A stretch of 64,000 bases of DNA, taken from contig CDROCS010003230.1 of assembly GCA_977020255.1 (NCBI GenBank), forward strand, positions 62,001-126,000, in the 5' to 3' direction. Both the position numbers and the translations under genes were made by a program. This DNA is from Obrimoposthia wandeli. Its lineage: Eukaryota. The notes beneath the pieces were generated by a model, which had not been told where the DNA came from, made no database searches, and worked only from the letters and a program-made list of their open reading frames with translations. Positions 1 to 12,819 of the stretch are shown here, in pieces; positions within the stretch are counted from its first letter, which is position 1, and the number at the start of each line of letters is the position of its first letter.

Positions 1-1
1 T

Positions 2-624
2 ATTGAAGCTAAACTTAAAGTCAGAAGAGTTAGAGTTGAGAATGATGTTTTAATGGGACATAATATTGGTCTTGAATCTAGGAATGCTGTATATCCCTAT
101 ACTCGCAGAAAGCTAATGTATCATACCTTAGCCATCGGTTCTACGAGTTTTTACAAGGATCAAGTGTTTGATGATGAACAATTGCCTAAATTTGTGCTGA
201 TTACGTTGCAAGCAGGTGAAAAACTTATCGGTAATGGTGCTACAGACTCTTCAACATTCGATCATTCTAATGTTAACACTATCAGTCTTGCTAGAAACAG
301 TGATTTTAACGAATCTTACAGTACAAACTTTGAAACAGGTGAAACCACCTTTGCATATGTCCAATCTATCATTAGAAATATGGGTAATTTGGATAAGAAT
401 ATAAACAATGGCGTATCACTGGATGAATTCAAAACCAAATATCCATTTTTCACGTTTGTTTAGCCCCTGACTTTGATATCACGCAAAACCAATTAGCAAA
501 ACAGGGTAATTTACGCCTTGACATCAAGTTTCACAAGTCATTAACAGTCCCAACAAACGTACTGATTTACGGGATTTTTGATTCTGAGTTTGAAATAACT
601 AAAGGCCGACGTGTGATTGTATGA
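2..624 (+). pseudogene. Double-jelly-roll major capsid protein (PY/hexon-like), C-terminal part, with a 1-nt frameshift near 460
   Basis: IEAKLKVRRVRVENDVLMGHNIG...PFFTFV, then after the shift LAPDFDITQNQLAKQGNLRLDIKF...LIYGIFDSEFEITKGRRVIV*. Collinear with the intact MCP at 20926-22155. Confidence 0.88.
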
Positions 625-1001
625 AGTGAGTTTTTAATTTATATTTTAAGATTTTATTAATCCAAAGTACTGTTCAGGTGAATGAAATAACTAGTTTGCT
701 GCTCGGACCGCGATTTAAGGGTGTATACCCGTTGGAAAAAAATCCCAACATTAACGCCTGGGGATATATTGTCAATACACATACCTCAAATCTTCCTGGA
801 GAACACTGGATTGCGTTATTCGTGAGACGGAATTCTGTACATGTGTATGACCCTCTTGGAGTATACTATCCGGGAAAACTTATCAAGCATGTAGAGTCTC
901 AAGGAAAACATGTATATTACAACAAAATTCGTTCTCAAAACCCACTGACTACTAATTGCGGTCCACTATGTATCTTATGGTTGTATGATCAAACTATATA
1001 A
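621..1001 (+). CDS. Adenain-like (C5) maturation cysteine protease, join(621..625,668..1001)
   Basis: Motifs NTH..LPGEHW (catalytic His), YDPLG and QNPLTTNCGPLC (Gln/Cys). Removing a 42-nt GT..AG intron (626-667) gives MNTVQVNEITSLLLGPRFKGVYP, collinear with the element B protease. The ATG overlaps the MCP stop (ATGA). Confidence 0.85.
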
Positions 1002-1250
1002 ATGTCTGTTTTTTATTTGTGTTGATTGTTAATAAAATTTGTATTCAAAATTGTATTTGTTTTATAAATAGCTGCCCCATTGAAATTTAAAAATTTTATT
1101 TTGAGTTTTGATAAATTAAAAAAGAGATTTAAAATCTACTAATTAAGAGAAAATTTATGGTGTTAATTATTTTTAAAAATTTAAACTCTAACGGTGTGAA
1201 TATCGGTTATGAAAATATTCATAATTGATTGACCGTAATTAACCTTTATG

Positions 1251-1405
1251 ATCACGTGTGTAGCAACTAGGGAATAAAGAGTCTTTATTACGCATTCCTA
1301 GTTTGTAAGTACACACGTGATGTGTGACGTGTACATCTAGGGCAGCAACTACACTGATTGTGAACCATATATAAACAATCAGTGTAGTGTCATTTATCAA
1401 TTTCA
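1251..1405 (+). promoter_or_regulatory. Putative promoter of the pPolB transcription unit: two hairpins, TATA box and Inr-like site
   Basis: Imperfect hairpin 1251-1321 with ATCACGTGTGTA/TACACACGTGAT arms. A 13-bp inverted repeat (1348-1360/1376-1388) encloses TATATAAA at 1368. TCAATT follows with its A at 1399, then a GTAAGT..TTTAG intron (1421-1470) directly before ATG 1471. Confidence 0.55.
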
Positions 1406-1470
1406 TTCACAATTCGAAAAGTAAGTTTTTTTTTATTTTATTTTAATTTTATTTAATTTTATTTCTTTAG

Positions 1471-1910
1471 ATGTCAAAAATTATTTTTGCCCGAAATGGA
1501 AAGAAAATATGGACCATAAAGCCTCCTTTAGTCGATATGGATGATGATGATGTCGACTTGGATGCGACACCGGTTAAAAAGTAATTTGTTTTATTAGTAT
1601 TTTTAATTTAATTTTCATTTAGCCCAGTGTCACAACAACACCAATATCGATTGCACCATGGATTGCGGATGATGCTACTAAGAAAATAAGAAGAAAACAG
1701 AAGATGCCGACAACATATGATGAGGATAATGATGATAAGAAGAATCCAAAAGTTTTTTTATCTCTTGAGAAATCTTCTCAACTTCCTTCTTCTTCTTCTT
1801 CATCTTATTCTCATTCTCATTCTCATGTTTTGTCTCCATACGACGATCATTTATATAAACTTTTTGGGGAATATAAGGGATATAAAATCTTATTCTCCCG
1901 ACTGCGATAG
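1471..1910 (+). pseudogene. Spliced low-complexity leader ORF upstream of pPolB (exons 1471-1580 and 1623-1910; needs one 1-nt indel)
   Basis: A 42-nt GTAATT..TTTAG intron lies at 1581-1622. The product has acidic, basic and Ser/His-rich tracts. Its position matches the spliced leader of element B. Confidence 0.45.
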
Positions 1911-1956
1911 CTGCCCGGTAACGCGGGGCAGTCTAACTCCTGGAATGGGGTCGCAG
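1902..1956 (+). ncRNA. Unidentified 55-nt structured motif, copy 1
   Basis: GC-rich three-stem fold (CTGCGA/TCGCAG, GCTGCCC/GGGCAGT, CTC/GGG). 51 of 55 nt are identical to the copy at 6787-6841. Confidence 0.4.
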
Positions 1957-1976
1957 AATAAGTTAATTAAATCAGA

Positions 1977-4900
1977 GGTTACCCCTTACTTTTTAAACCA
2001 GGAACACCTGTTGGGTCACCTGTTAATTCAGTAGAAAATTTCGACGTAAATGAAATATACTCGGGTTTTGAAAATATCCCGTTTAAAAATATTTTAACCA
2101 GTTAAAGAAAGCTAAAAATCAAAATATTGATTTAAGTAAACTTAAAACAGAAGGTAGGAAAGGTAAAAGATTTCGTCAGAAGCTGCGTAGATTGAGAAAA
2201 CTACCAGCAGACATAACAATATTTGCAAATTTATTAGGGTCTTGCAAACCCATTAATATTAGTCCAGGTCTGAAAATTACAGATCTGGCAAATAAATTAT
2301 ATAAAGTCTTTGAGACTGATCAAATTTATTTTAACCGTAATGGCATGCCCTTTGAAAGGGAAGCTATTATCGGTGATGTTTTACATGAGGGGCTATTATC
2401 CATGTATACCCTAAACTTCGTGGAGGAAGTAACTTATGTACATTGTACAAGTATTGCACAAACGTTAATCATGGAATAGAATGTCATAGTGTAATGCTTA
2501 AATATTATAAATTTAAAAGCGGTTTTATTTGTCCACATTGTGATGTGTTATATTGTATTGACTATCAAACATTTTATAACAATCATAAGGATCATCTGAC
2601 GTATTTTAAGTCTAAAAGGTCAGCATACAAACGTAAAGTAATGAGAGTACCAACAATAGACAACAATAAAATAGCAAAAACTAATAATTTTAATGAAGAG
2701 TTTGATGTGGTAGACTCGTGGGAACCGGATAGTGTTGTAGAAATTGATACTTATCCTGAAGTTGTAGAAATTATTGAGCCTTTAAGCCCTAATGAAATCT
2801 TAAATAATAATAATATTGATGAACTTATAGATCAGGACGAGTTTATAACAGAAAATGATTTTTTCGACTCACTCCTAACTATTACGGATGATGACTTTGA
2901 TAATATTGTTACAATTAATTCAGATAATACATTAACTTTTAACAATCAAATAGGAGGTGCAATTCAATCAAACCTTGTTTTTGATGTTAGTGGATTAAAC
3001 ATGCTTAAACTATACATTAACGATACTATGCTAACTGAACTTACTAGCAGTATAGATGTGTTTGGTCCCTGTAAAATACAGTTTGGTGTTGAAACCGAAT
3101 TTGTCAATAACGAGGGTCAACATAAAACATGGCATGTAAGCTGTAAAGCAAATATTTTTGAACTAGATTTTATCACTACAAGAACAGTTGAGCTCAACAA
3201 TAAAATTGAAATTTATAAGGATATGAGTTCGGGATGGTCAGTATTTAAAATTCTGTTGGTATCCTTTAAATTTACTGCACTTTCAAACGTAGCAGGATCA
3301 TCATTTATAAAAACCCCGGTTGCGCTTGCTAAAACACTATCTATAGTGAACGTAAATAATACTAATGATCAGTGTTTTAAATACGCTGTTCTCAGTATCC
3401 TACACTATAAAGATTTCAATCGAAACAGACAAAGAGTTGAAAACTATAATGATTATTTAAATGAACTTATATGTGAGCCTGGTCCTATGAGGATAGACGG
3501 CATCAAGACATTTGAAAAACTCAATAATATAGCGATAACAGTATTCTCCTATAAACCTACAAAGGTAGAGCCTCATAGTAGTCATCTAGTGTTTAAAAAC
3601 CCAGATGTTAATGTTATTTATAGAACGAGTCTTAAACAGTGCGAAAAAGTAGTAAACTTGTTGCTGTTGGAACAGAGCGGTAATTATCACTATACAGGGA
3701 TAACAAACCTGAATAGACTTTTAAATACTCAAAAATAAAATGTGCGTCTCTTTTGGTGTGAGAAATGTCTTTTTGGATTTCGAACCACGATTTCATATGA
3801 CAAACACAGGGCACATTGTAATATTAATACAGATTTAACAACCTTGTTTACAATGCCCAAAGAGATCAAGTGTCAATTTTCCGACTGGTCTAAATCTATT
3901 GCGCCACCATTTGTTGTATATGCCGACTTTGAGTCAATACTCGAGCCACATAATACTTTCAAACATATTCATAAACCAATATCTATAGGGATGATTTTGA
4001 AAAACAACACTAATAATTCAATACAATATTTCAGTTATTACGGTCTGCAGTGTGCTAAAAACTTTGTAGATAAATTAACTGAGTTGATAAATGGTGAAGT
4101 GGCAGATTTTTGGGTAAATAGTATTAATGTTCCTATGGTTTTTACTAATAATGACATGTTGAACTTTAGAGATTGCACTAATTGCTATCTTTGTAAAAAT
4201 TAAACGATCGTATGGTTAGAGATCATGATCATATCACGGGTAAATACTTGGGTGCGGCATGCAACAAATGCAATTTAAGTCGCAAGTTTGCAAAGAGACC
4301 GGTTTTACCTGTGGTGTTTCATAACCTTATGGGTTATGACATACATCATATTTTAAAATATGCCGACTTGAAAGGTAAATCCTTTTCAATTATCCCTAAA
4401 TCAAGTGAAAAGTTCATGTCCCTCCGTATAGAGATGAAGAGTGGGCCATTGAAATTCATTGATTCATACCTTTTACAACGTCAAGTCTTGAATCCTTAGT
4501 TTCATACTTACCAAGTTGTCCTTATACTACACAATACCTAAACCCTAATATTGCAACAAGTAAGGCGGTATTTCCGTATGAATATATTAGTGGTGTTGAT
4601 AGGCTTATGGAGACGCAGTTACCCGCTAAATCTGAGTTTCCTTCTCGAGTCACTGATCAACAATATAATGAAGCCCTAATGATGTGGACCGTATTAGGGT
4701 GTAATACTATTAAAGACTACATGCTTGAGTATATGAAACTTGACGTGTATCTCTTATGTGATGTTTTTGAGGCCTTTAGACAGAAAGTAAGGGATGATGA
4801 TAATCTAGAGGCGCTCAATTTCTTTAGTATCCCTGGTCTCAGTTGGGCTAGCGCATTAAAAACATTAGAGTATGATGTGGATTTATTGCATGATCCCGAA

Positions 4901-6238
4901 ATGTATAACATGTTTGAGGCAGGGATACGGGGAGGGATGACTTTCATCAACAAACATTACGTTAAAACAACAGATGAAACATTCCTTCTATATATTGACA
5001 TAAATAACTTATATGGTTGGGCCTTGAGTCAACCGTTACCACATACAGATTTTACATGGGTATATGACGGTTTTGAAGCGATAATTGAGCTTATAACTGA
5101 GAGGGATATTCACGGTAATATGCAGGACTTGAGTCTTAAAGAACATGGATACTTGTTGGAAATTGATTTAGGCATACCCATCAGTATTCATGATAAACTT
5201 GATGACTTACCGATTGCGCCTAATAGAGAAATCCCTCCCGGCTCAAAAGCTTCAAAGCTGTTGATGACCCATGAGGATAAAAATAATTACATCATACACT
5301 CACAACTACTACAATTTTACTTGTTTCTGGGTGCAGAAATTAAACAAGTGCATAGAGCAATAAAGTTTCATCAAGCTCCTATATTTAAAACATATATTGA
5401 TATCAATAGCCAGAAACGGGCAGAGGGTACTACTACATTTGATAAAGAGTTTTATAAACTCAAAAATAATTCAATATATGGTAAGACAGTGGAAAATCTT
5501 AAAAAGCGTAAAGATATCCGTCTTACCAAGATTGATCGTCAGTTTACTAAACTTGTTTCAAGCCCCTGGTTTAAGAAGCATACCCAAATAACCGACAATC
5601 TCAATCTTTTATTTATGCAAAAGAAAGAAATTTGTCTGGATCGCCCATCATATATTGGTCAAGCTGTGTTGGACTTATCTAAACTACGTATGTACCAACT
5701 ACAGTATAGTGATCTTGACCGGTATCGTAAGCAATATCATTGTGATATCAACATAGTTGCAATGGATACAGACTCGTTTTTCTTAGAGTGTAAGCATATA
5801 GATAAAGATGTCCTCTTAAAACAAATGATTAAAGATCAGATGTTAGATACGAGTAATTACCCGATCACACATGAGTTATTTAACGATTCTCATCGAAATG
5901 TGATTGGAAAGTTTAAAGATGAAAGCAAGGGGACAGTGCTTTATGATGAATGGGTATTTCTGAAACCTAAATGCTACTCATTGAAAACGAGTATGAGGGC
6001 TAAGGGTATCTCCCTTAAACAAACCGAAATCAGACATGAGCATTACATAAAGTGTTATGTTGATGATGAAATTATAACTGCCGGTCAGACACGTATTTTA
6101 GCTCGCAATCATCAATTATTTACAATGTATAATGATAAAATTGCGTTAAGGTGTTATGACGATAAAAGGGTTTGGCTTGAGAAAAACAAATCCGTCGCAT
6201 ATGGACACTATAGTCTAAAATCTGGGGTAACCTCTTGA
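1977..6238 (+). pseudogene. polB: Protein-primed family B DNA polymerase with N-terminal extension (ubiquitin-like, Cys/His-rich, acidic and terminal-protein regions); disrupted by several stops and frameshifts
   Basis: ExoI VVYADFES, DHDH..G..LGAACNKCN, ExoII FHNLMGYD, ExoIII YMKLDV, motif A YIDINNLYGWA, motif B KLKNNSIYGK, motif C MDTDS, KPKCY, DDKR, AYGH. Confidence 0.95.
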
Positions 6239-6487
6239 AAGTATTAACTAATATCCTCTTATTTTTAATGTGATAGTATGTATCTTTTTAATGCAATAGT
6301 ATGTATATATTTTTAATGCTATAGTATGTATATATTTTTATTGATGTTTATTTTTAATACATTGTATGTATCATAACCATGTCTTGACTTCCTACTAGCT
6401 ACTCATTGGATAATTTCATTGGATAATTTTAACAAATTCTCTATAAATATAAACACATTTCAATCAACCAATTTCTCATTATTTCAA

Positions 6488-6727
6488 ATGACTACTTCTA
6501 AAGAAAAATTGCAAGCTCTCTATGATAACCTGAGCCCTACCTTGATGGCCCAGTATACTGAAAAGTACTTTAGCTTATTTGTTGCACCAGAACTTTTTGT
6601 CTCAAGGATTGAAGAACTTTATATGTATCACCTGTTTAATGGAGACTTTAAACCTAAAGTTGCAACAATCATTAAAATAGAAGAAGAAGAAAGCATGGAT
6701 TGTGACAATGAATATAATTATGTATAA
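6488..6727 (+). CDS. Small hypothetical Polinton protein (79 aa, acidic C-terminus)
   Basis: ATG at 6488 is preceded by TATAAACA at 6448, the same spacing seen for element B genes. Confidence 0.45.
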   Translation: MTTSKEKLQALYDNLSPTLMAQYTEKYFSLFVAPELFVSRIEELYMYHLFNGDFKPKVATIIKIEEEESMDCDNEYNYV

Positions 6728-6786
6728 ACATAGACTTTTTTTTACTAAACTCCTACTATAAACAATAACGTTTCTTAAGATAAAAA

Positions 6787-6841
6787 CTGCGATAGCTGTC
6801 CGGTTATGCGGGGCAGTCTAACTCCTGGAATGAGGTCGCAG
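6787..6841 (+). ncRNA. Unidentified 55-nt structured motif, copy 2
   Basis: Direct repeat of 1902-1956. TATAAACAA begins exactly 30 nt upstream (6757) and AATTAAA follows downstream. Confidence 0.4.
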
Positions 6842-6928
6842 TACTAAGTAAATTAAATAGTTGCAAATAAAAATTTGGGACGGTCAATTATGTTTAATTT
6901 CAAAATTAAAATTTTTTAATTTCAAAAT

Positions 6929-7114
6929 NNNNNNNNNNNNNNNNNNNNNNNNNNNNNNNNNNNNNNNNNNNNNNNNNNNNNNNNNNNNNNNNNNNNNNNN
7001 NNNNNNNNNNNNNNNNNNNNNNNNNNNNNNNNNNNNNNNNNNNNNNNNNNNNNNNNNNNNNNNNNNNNNNNNNNNNNNNNNNNNNNNNNNNNNNNNNNNN
7101 NNNNNNNNNNNNNN
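6929..7114. other. Assembly gap (186 N)
   Basis: Run of N. Confidence 1.
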
Positions 7115-7195
7115 TTTTTAAACTATATACAAATGTTACAAAATATTAACCTACATAATCGTAAGTGACGCATAAGTCCAAACAAATTTCGAGAC

Positions 7196-7369
7196 GTAAA
7201 GTGTCGGTTCTAAAACAATAGCACACAAAGCCCCCCCCCCCCGAACAAGGCACAAGGAACAAAGCACATCTGTATGACTAATCAAATTTCAGATGTGCTT
7301 TGTTCCTTGTGCCTTGTTCGGGGGGGGGGGGGGGCTTTGTGTGCTATTGTTTTAGAACCGACACTTTAC
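7196..7369. repeat. Near-perfect palindrome (~77-bp arms, 17-nt loop) with poly-C/poly-G tracts; probably the subterminal hairpin of element A
   Basis: GTAAAGTGTCGG...GCACATCTG pairs with CAGATGTGC...CCGACACTTTAC; C12 versus G15 run. Confidence 0.9.
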
Positions 7370-8899
7370 ACTTCTTACGGAGTCTAAATTCTTTTTTGGG
7401 CCCTTTACTTTAATTTTAACCTCTATATATATCGCACACACTTACACATGACCTTCGTGGTCCTAATATTTTTCTGCTGATTTTATTTTAATAATATTTT
7501 AATTTCATAATTACTTTTATCTTAATTATAACCTTGCTTTCAAGGATTTTTATTTTAGTATAAAAACAATTAATTATTTTAAATTACTCAAAACCTAATC
7601 CTAACAAAAGAAATAATCGTATTTTCAAAAGAAAAGCTTCACCAAAAATTGTATATAAAATGGGACAAAATATAAAATCTTTCTGATATACTCACATGCA
7701 ACATTGTAAGATAAGCTTGGTAATCTGGGAATTTTAAAAATTGAAACATATTCACAATTTAATTTTTCATATTTTCAATATATTTATCGAAAATGAGACA
7801 AATTTTTAAAATGAAAAATAACTCTAAATGAAGCAATATATTTTGATGTTTATTAAAGAATCAGAATTTACTCTATTGATTGCAACAACAAAAAAGGACG
7901 GCAGCTTATAGTATCGCTTTCTCTATCTGCGTCCACGATTCATCTTAATTTTATTAGTTGGAGAAATGAGAAATCTTGATATACCGAGCTAGTGTAAATT
8001 TGCTCTAGGTCAATTTCACTGTCAGATATTTCGGTGCATGAGATCAAATTTGGCGAATAATTTCTAGTTGACTTGGCGTGATTTTTTGAGAATTTATTTT
8101 CACTACAATTTCACGCTGCGACTTTCTCTCCATCTAACGAAATATATTACCACGTCTACTGTGAAGAGGAATTTTCTGTCACAAACAATTAAATAGGTTC
8201 ATTTTCTAAAAAAGAACAACTTCCCCGTATTCATTGCCTCATAACTGGTGAATTTATGTTTCAAATCACATTCACTTTTACGATGTACTTTTAATTTAAT
8301 ACAATATTTATTATATGTAATGCTTGATAACGAAGTAGATAATTTTGACAACGATGTACAGGTGTGAAATCATAGATCAAACTGTTATTCATGTGGCTAG
8401 TCAGATTATTAGAAAATTCTAGTTAACTGTTTTAGATAACGCCATAACAAATAAAAACATATATTTAATCCCTTTAATGAAATAGAATATTTGTAGTCTG
8501 TGGTTTAGCTTATTACGAAAATATTATTTTAAAAAATCCAACTCATCGGGATTTTGGGATATCGACATGATTAGAAAACACATTTTATACACGAAATAAC
8601 GAGTTGACAAAAATATGAAACAACATACTTAGTTATAGCAATTAATTATTAGATACGATCTGTTATGAAATCATGAAATGTCTGTATTGGTTTCTACAAA
8701 TTTCCAATTGCTAATGTGAGCCAAGTATTTTAGCTTGTAACTTAGAAAGATATCCATATTTATCTAAGTCATGTAGCAGACTCTTACTAAAGGCAATTCC
8801 TAATATTTATCCGTATTATCATTATAAATAATAATCTCTTCAGCATCTCGTTACAGGAATAATTTGTACAAATATGTACGGAGATAATATTCGTTGTGT

Positions 8900-9800
8900 A
8901 TATCGTTGTATCTGAGATGTAGTGATTTATTTCTGGAGAATGGTGTTTTATTGCATGTATTGTTTGGTCTGCAATGTGGCGAGTTGTTCCTTGAGTAATT
9001 TCTCGAAAGGTTTCATAAATAGTTTCTTGAATTATGGCGATTTTCTATGGGTGATTTATTGTGGAAATTGTCGTTTTGTGTTTTATTGTAGTTTGTGTAG
9101 GTAAGTAATTGTAGTAATTTTCTGTTTTCTATTATGCTGTCAATGAAATTTTCGAGTATTATAGTTTGAATGTTATCTGATTCTGAATGTCGGTTTGATT
9201 GTTTTTAATTGTGCATTGAATTGATATGTTATATTTTGTTGTGTATTTTGTTTGCCATCTTATCTAAATGGTTGATGTTAGTATCTTGTGACTTGATAAA
9301 TATGTCCCTGGTGTGTTTTGGCAACTGTTTTGGGAATGTTTCTAATAAGATGTTAGTTTTCTTGTGGTTTATAAGAGGGTCTAAATGTATAAAAGTGTCT
9401 GGTGGTTTTGTTTCAGCGGTACCTTTTGGGTTGATTATGTTTTCTAATAGCTGTGTTGTTTGTGTCTGTTTTGTTTTTTTCTTGATGAGAGGTGTGAGCT
9501 TTTCTATGGGTGTATCTGAAAGGAGAATGTCGTTATTATCCTCAGCGATTTTTTTTTAAAAAATCTGCAGCTAATTTTGACAATACTTTCTGTATTAATT
9601 CGTGTTCTGATCTATCGTTTGTTTGTTTGAAAGTGTTGTGTGTGAGGTCTCACTTTTGGTTAGGGGTGTTGTTGTAGTAGGTGAAATAAGTTGATATTAT
9701 GATGTGTTTATTGTTGTTTGTGTTTATTTTTGGTAATGTAGATTTAATCGGTGTGTTGTTCTTTGATTGTACTTTTTTTCTTTTTGGCATGTTTGTTGTG
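8900..9800 (-). mobile_element. Degenerate Gypsy-type gag remnant
   Basis: The minus frame reads TTQLLENIINPKGTAETKPPDTF...ILLETFPKQLPKHTRDIF...INHLDKMANKIH, matching the QLL..KPS..L..F...LP....IL......L..LA..AD.I pattern of invertebrate Gypsy gag. Strong strand compositional skew. Confidence 0.35.
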
Positions 9801-12600
9801 ATCTTGTAAATGTATGATTAAAATTATCTCGAAGGAATATGAACGCATGTTAAAATGACGATAAAAGGTAAATGTTTTGTTTTAGAAGAAGAATGAGCGT
9901 ATCTTTAGGATACCCTATATGCTGTTTAAATTATGATTACAATGATGACTTATGATACTAATGACAAGAAATGACAACAACACTGTTGATGTTTCAGGGG
10001 ATTGAACTACCTCGGTCGTTGCTGTAGATATTGCAGAAGTAGGGGTTGAAAAGCTGTTGTGGTTTGTGGCTTGAAGTTATGATGACGTTGTTCTTTGTTT
10101 ATGATCAAATCTTCGATGGAAAACGCCCGGTTGATGGGGGTTGAAGCTTTTGAATCAAATAGATAGATTGAGAATTGCATTGAACGTTGATACTTCTGAC
10201 ACCAAATACTGGGAGGGTTTGAGGACGAGAAGAAAGAGAAGAGGATGAGGCGGGATTAATAACACAGATAGCACCATTGATTTAATTACCAAACATATTA
10301 TTATAACTTTGAACGTACATTCTTTTTGTATGACTAGCAATTGTAATTTGTACTTTTGTCTCAAACGCTTTTGATTTTTTATATTGTTTTTTTTAATCCA
10401 TTTGTTAGTTTTACCCAATTTTCATAATTAGGAATATTATTATTTTTAGTTTTACTTCTTCATGATAATATCATCGTCATTACATAGCATCGTCATCATC
10501 ATCAACATATATACATTTTGGAAGACCTCTCAATATTTTGTTTTTTGTATCACCAAAAAAATTCTAAACTCGTGTGCAGGGAAAAATAATGAAAATCAAA
10601 AGCATCAAAGGTTTTACATGATTTTTAAAGTATTTAGATCTTTAATTTAAAAAATATATTATCACTCTAAATAATGAAAATCTGATTTTTACCGATACTT
10701 TTATAATTCAATTGTTTTTCAACATATGCTGTATACTCGATAATCTTTTAATAAACATATATACTTAAATATCATACAAATAAATTAATTTTATCAATCA
10801 GGACCTAGGCATATCCAGATAATCAAAATACCAAAATAATTGATACAATTAAAAAAAACTACATCAGATATAACAAACGTGTGTAAACATAAATTTGTCA
10901 ATTATACATAATAAAAATTACATTTTCGTAAAGAAAAACTTAAGAAAGATTTTTAAGAATATTTGGTTTTGAAGTAGCTAAATCGCGAAAACATTTTAAA
11001 CATAGCAACTGTTGTATATTAAATTCCTGTTGTCTCTAGCGCCATCGAAAAGCGACGTCTAAACATTCAAAAACTACATCATTTTTCGGACAAACAACAT
11101 CAGTTATAATTTTTATCGCTGTGAAAGATTCAATTATTGCATCGTCATTAAACACCTTGAATCTGGGATTATTAATATCGAATTTAACCACGCAGACAAT
11201 TTTTTACGTTAAAAGCGTTTTAATATTTCAGTTACTCTTTGATTTATCGGTTATTTTAAGGATTCATGTCTGGGTGTTAAAAATATAACACGTACTATCC
11301 GATTAATCTCATTTAAAGACTCTAATGAAAGATGTAAAGGTGCATTATCAACCAGTAATCGATATTTTAATCTTTGTTTAAATATTTCACAAGTCATCCC
11401 TGCATTGTTTGCTAGGTTTTATTGATATACATGTGAATGTCCGAATGATCGAGGTTTATCAAGTTAATTAATTAAGCAAAATATGCCACTGTCTGAAGAA
11501 AAGGTTAAGAAACACAACTCTAGAACAGCTGTCGAAGAAATGTTTTGATTTAAAGATTTGAGTCCGTGTGTACTGTTCAATAAAGTAATGGTTTATATGA
11601 ATAAAATATAAATTTAACTGACAAATCTCTATTTTCGTATGTTAGAAAACCGTTTATGTATCAAATCAGTCTTAGAACGATTATGCAAATAAAACAAATC
11701 ATTCTACACTTTAAATAATTTAATAATTGAAGTCCTAAGATGGAAGTAAAAACGATTGCAGCGCCACTGAGATTAGAACGATTTTCAATGCGACTCACTT
11801 AACATCAAGAGCCACTTCAATAAAACGTCGATTTTTAAAGAAATCCATCCAGTACTATTTCTAAAACTCTTTACTTTGCATTATTTTATAAATTCTTTTC
11901 ATTGACTATTTTACAGCAAAATAACTGTTGTATTATATATTAATCATCAGTCGAATCTTCACTAATAATTTTAAATAAAATCTTTAGCTCAGGTTAATTT
12001 TCGTAAAAATACAAAATAACCTCAATTGATATATATATTCAAAGAAATATTAGAAAATTTTAATCTAAATCCTTTGTTATAATTATAATAGTTTATTTTC
12101 TTATTTTAGTTTGATAAACAATATTTTCCTTTACAGACCTGAGTTTTTAACTTTCTGCATTTCTCTTTTTTGCTACAAAATCAATTTTCAATGGTATTAT
12201 TTTCTTCCTTATGTTTAAGAAGTGCATATCTAGAAGTGTATCCAGTAATAAATATTGGTGAGGTCACATGAAATTTTGTCTGTTTCAAAGCATCTATCCA
12301 TAATAAATTCTTGTTGGGAAATGTTTGGAGCCGCTATTTTGATTATGTGTACAATCATACACTGTGATTCAAAATTTTCGAACATCTTGCTTTTCAAATA
12401 TTTCAACGATATGTACATTTTTATATATCCTTATTTAGAATTGAAACTATTAAAGAAATACTAAAAAACTGCATAATAAAATTTGAGAAAGTGTTAATAA
12501 ATATTGATATATAATTAACATTTTTCTAAAACCACTAAGTCAATAAATTACGAACAATAAGAAAACAATTTTAAAACATGCCAATATTTACAAGTAATTT

Positions 12601-12819
12601 AAATATATTTATTATTTACTGATACAGAGTGAAAAAGGTAGGCTGTGGAATTATGCTCTTTTTTGGGGGTGAAGGTTACGAATTATTTGAGTGGATATGT
12701 GTTACCATATCCACTGTCTTACCTTCTCCAATCCTTTTTCTACCAACCTTTAAATGCCCTTCAAATTTCCGTGTACATATGCTGACATTTGTGCACAGTC
12801 ATCGATATTATGGGCCCGG
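12601..12819 (+). repeat. ~220-bp interspersed repeat, copy 1 (inverted copy at 31706-31927)
   Basis: High identity to the reverse complement of 31706-31927, with the same boundaries. Internal TGGATAT/ATATCCA hairpin. Confidence 0.9.

Larger units (their letters stand above)
1..7400 (+). mobile_element. Polinton/Maverick (adintovirus-like) element A, right part; left part outside the window, right end approximate
   Basis: Collinear MCP C-terminus, adenain-type protease, protein-primed PolB and a terminal hairpin at 7196-7369. Several frameshifts and stops. The exact terminus and TSD were not identified. Confidence 0.9.

Noticed and set aside
1904-1975. An intron removing the structured motif to fuse the leader ORF to the UBL-pPolB frame
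   Set aside because: The frames are compatible and a CAG exists at 1975, but there is no credible GT donor upstream of the stop at 1908.
6861-7121. ORF-track entry spanning the N run
   Set aside because: Artefact of the assembly gap.
10010-10280. eh1-like FSIEDLI motif in an open minus-strand stretch
   Set aside because: No homeobox, forkhead or other DNA-binding exon nearby and no clear start. It probably lies in a retroelement leader.
12255-12464. Kinase-like IIHCDSKFSNILL
   Set aside because: The catalytic-loop Lys and Pro are altered, flanking subdomains are not recoverable in frame, and the match is too short to call.
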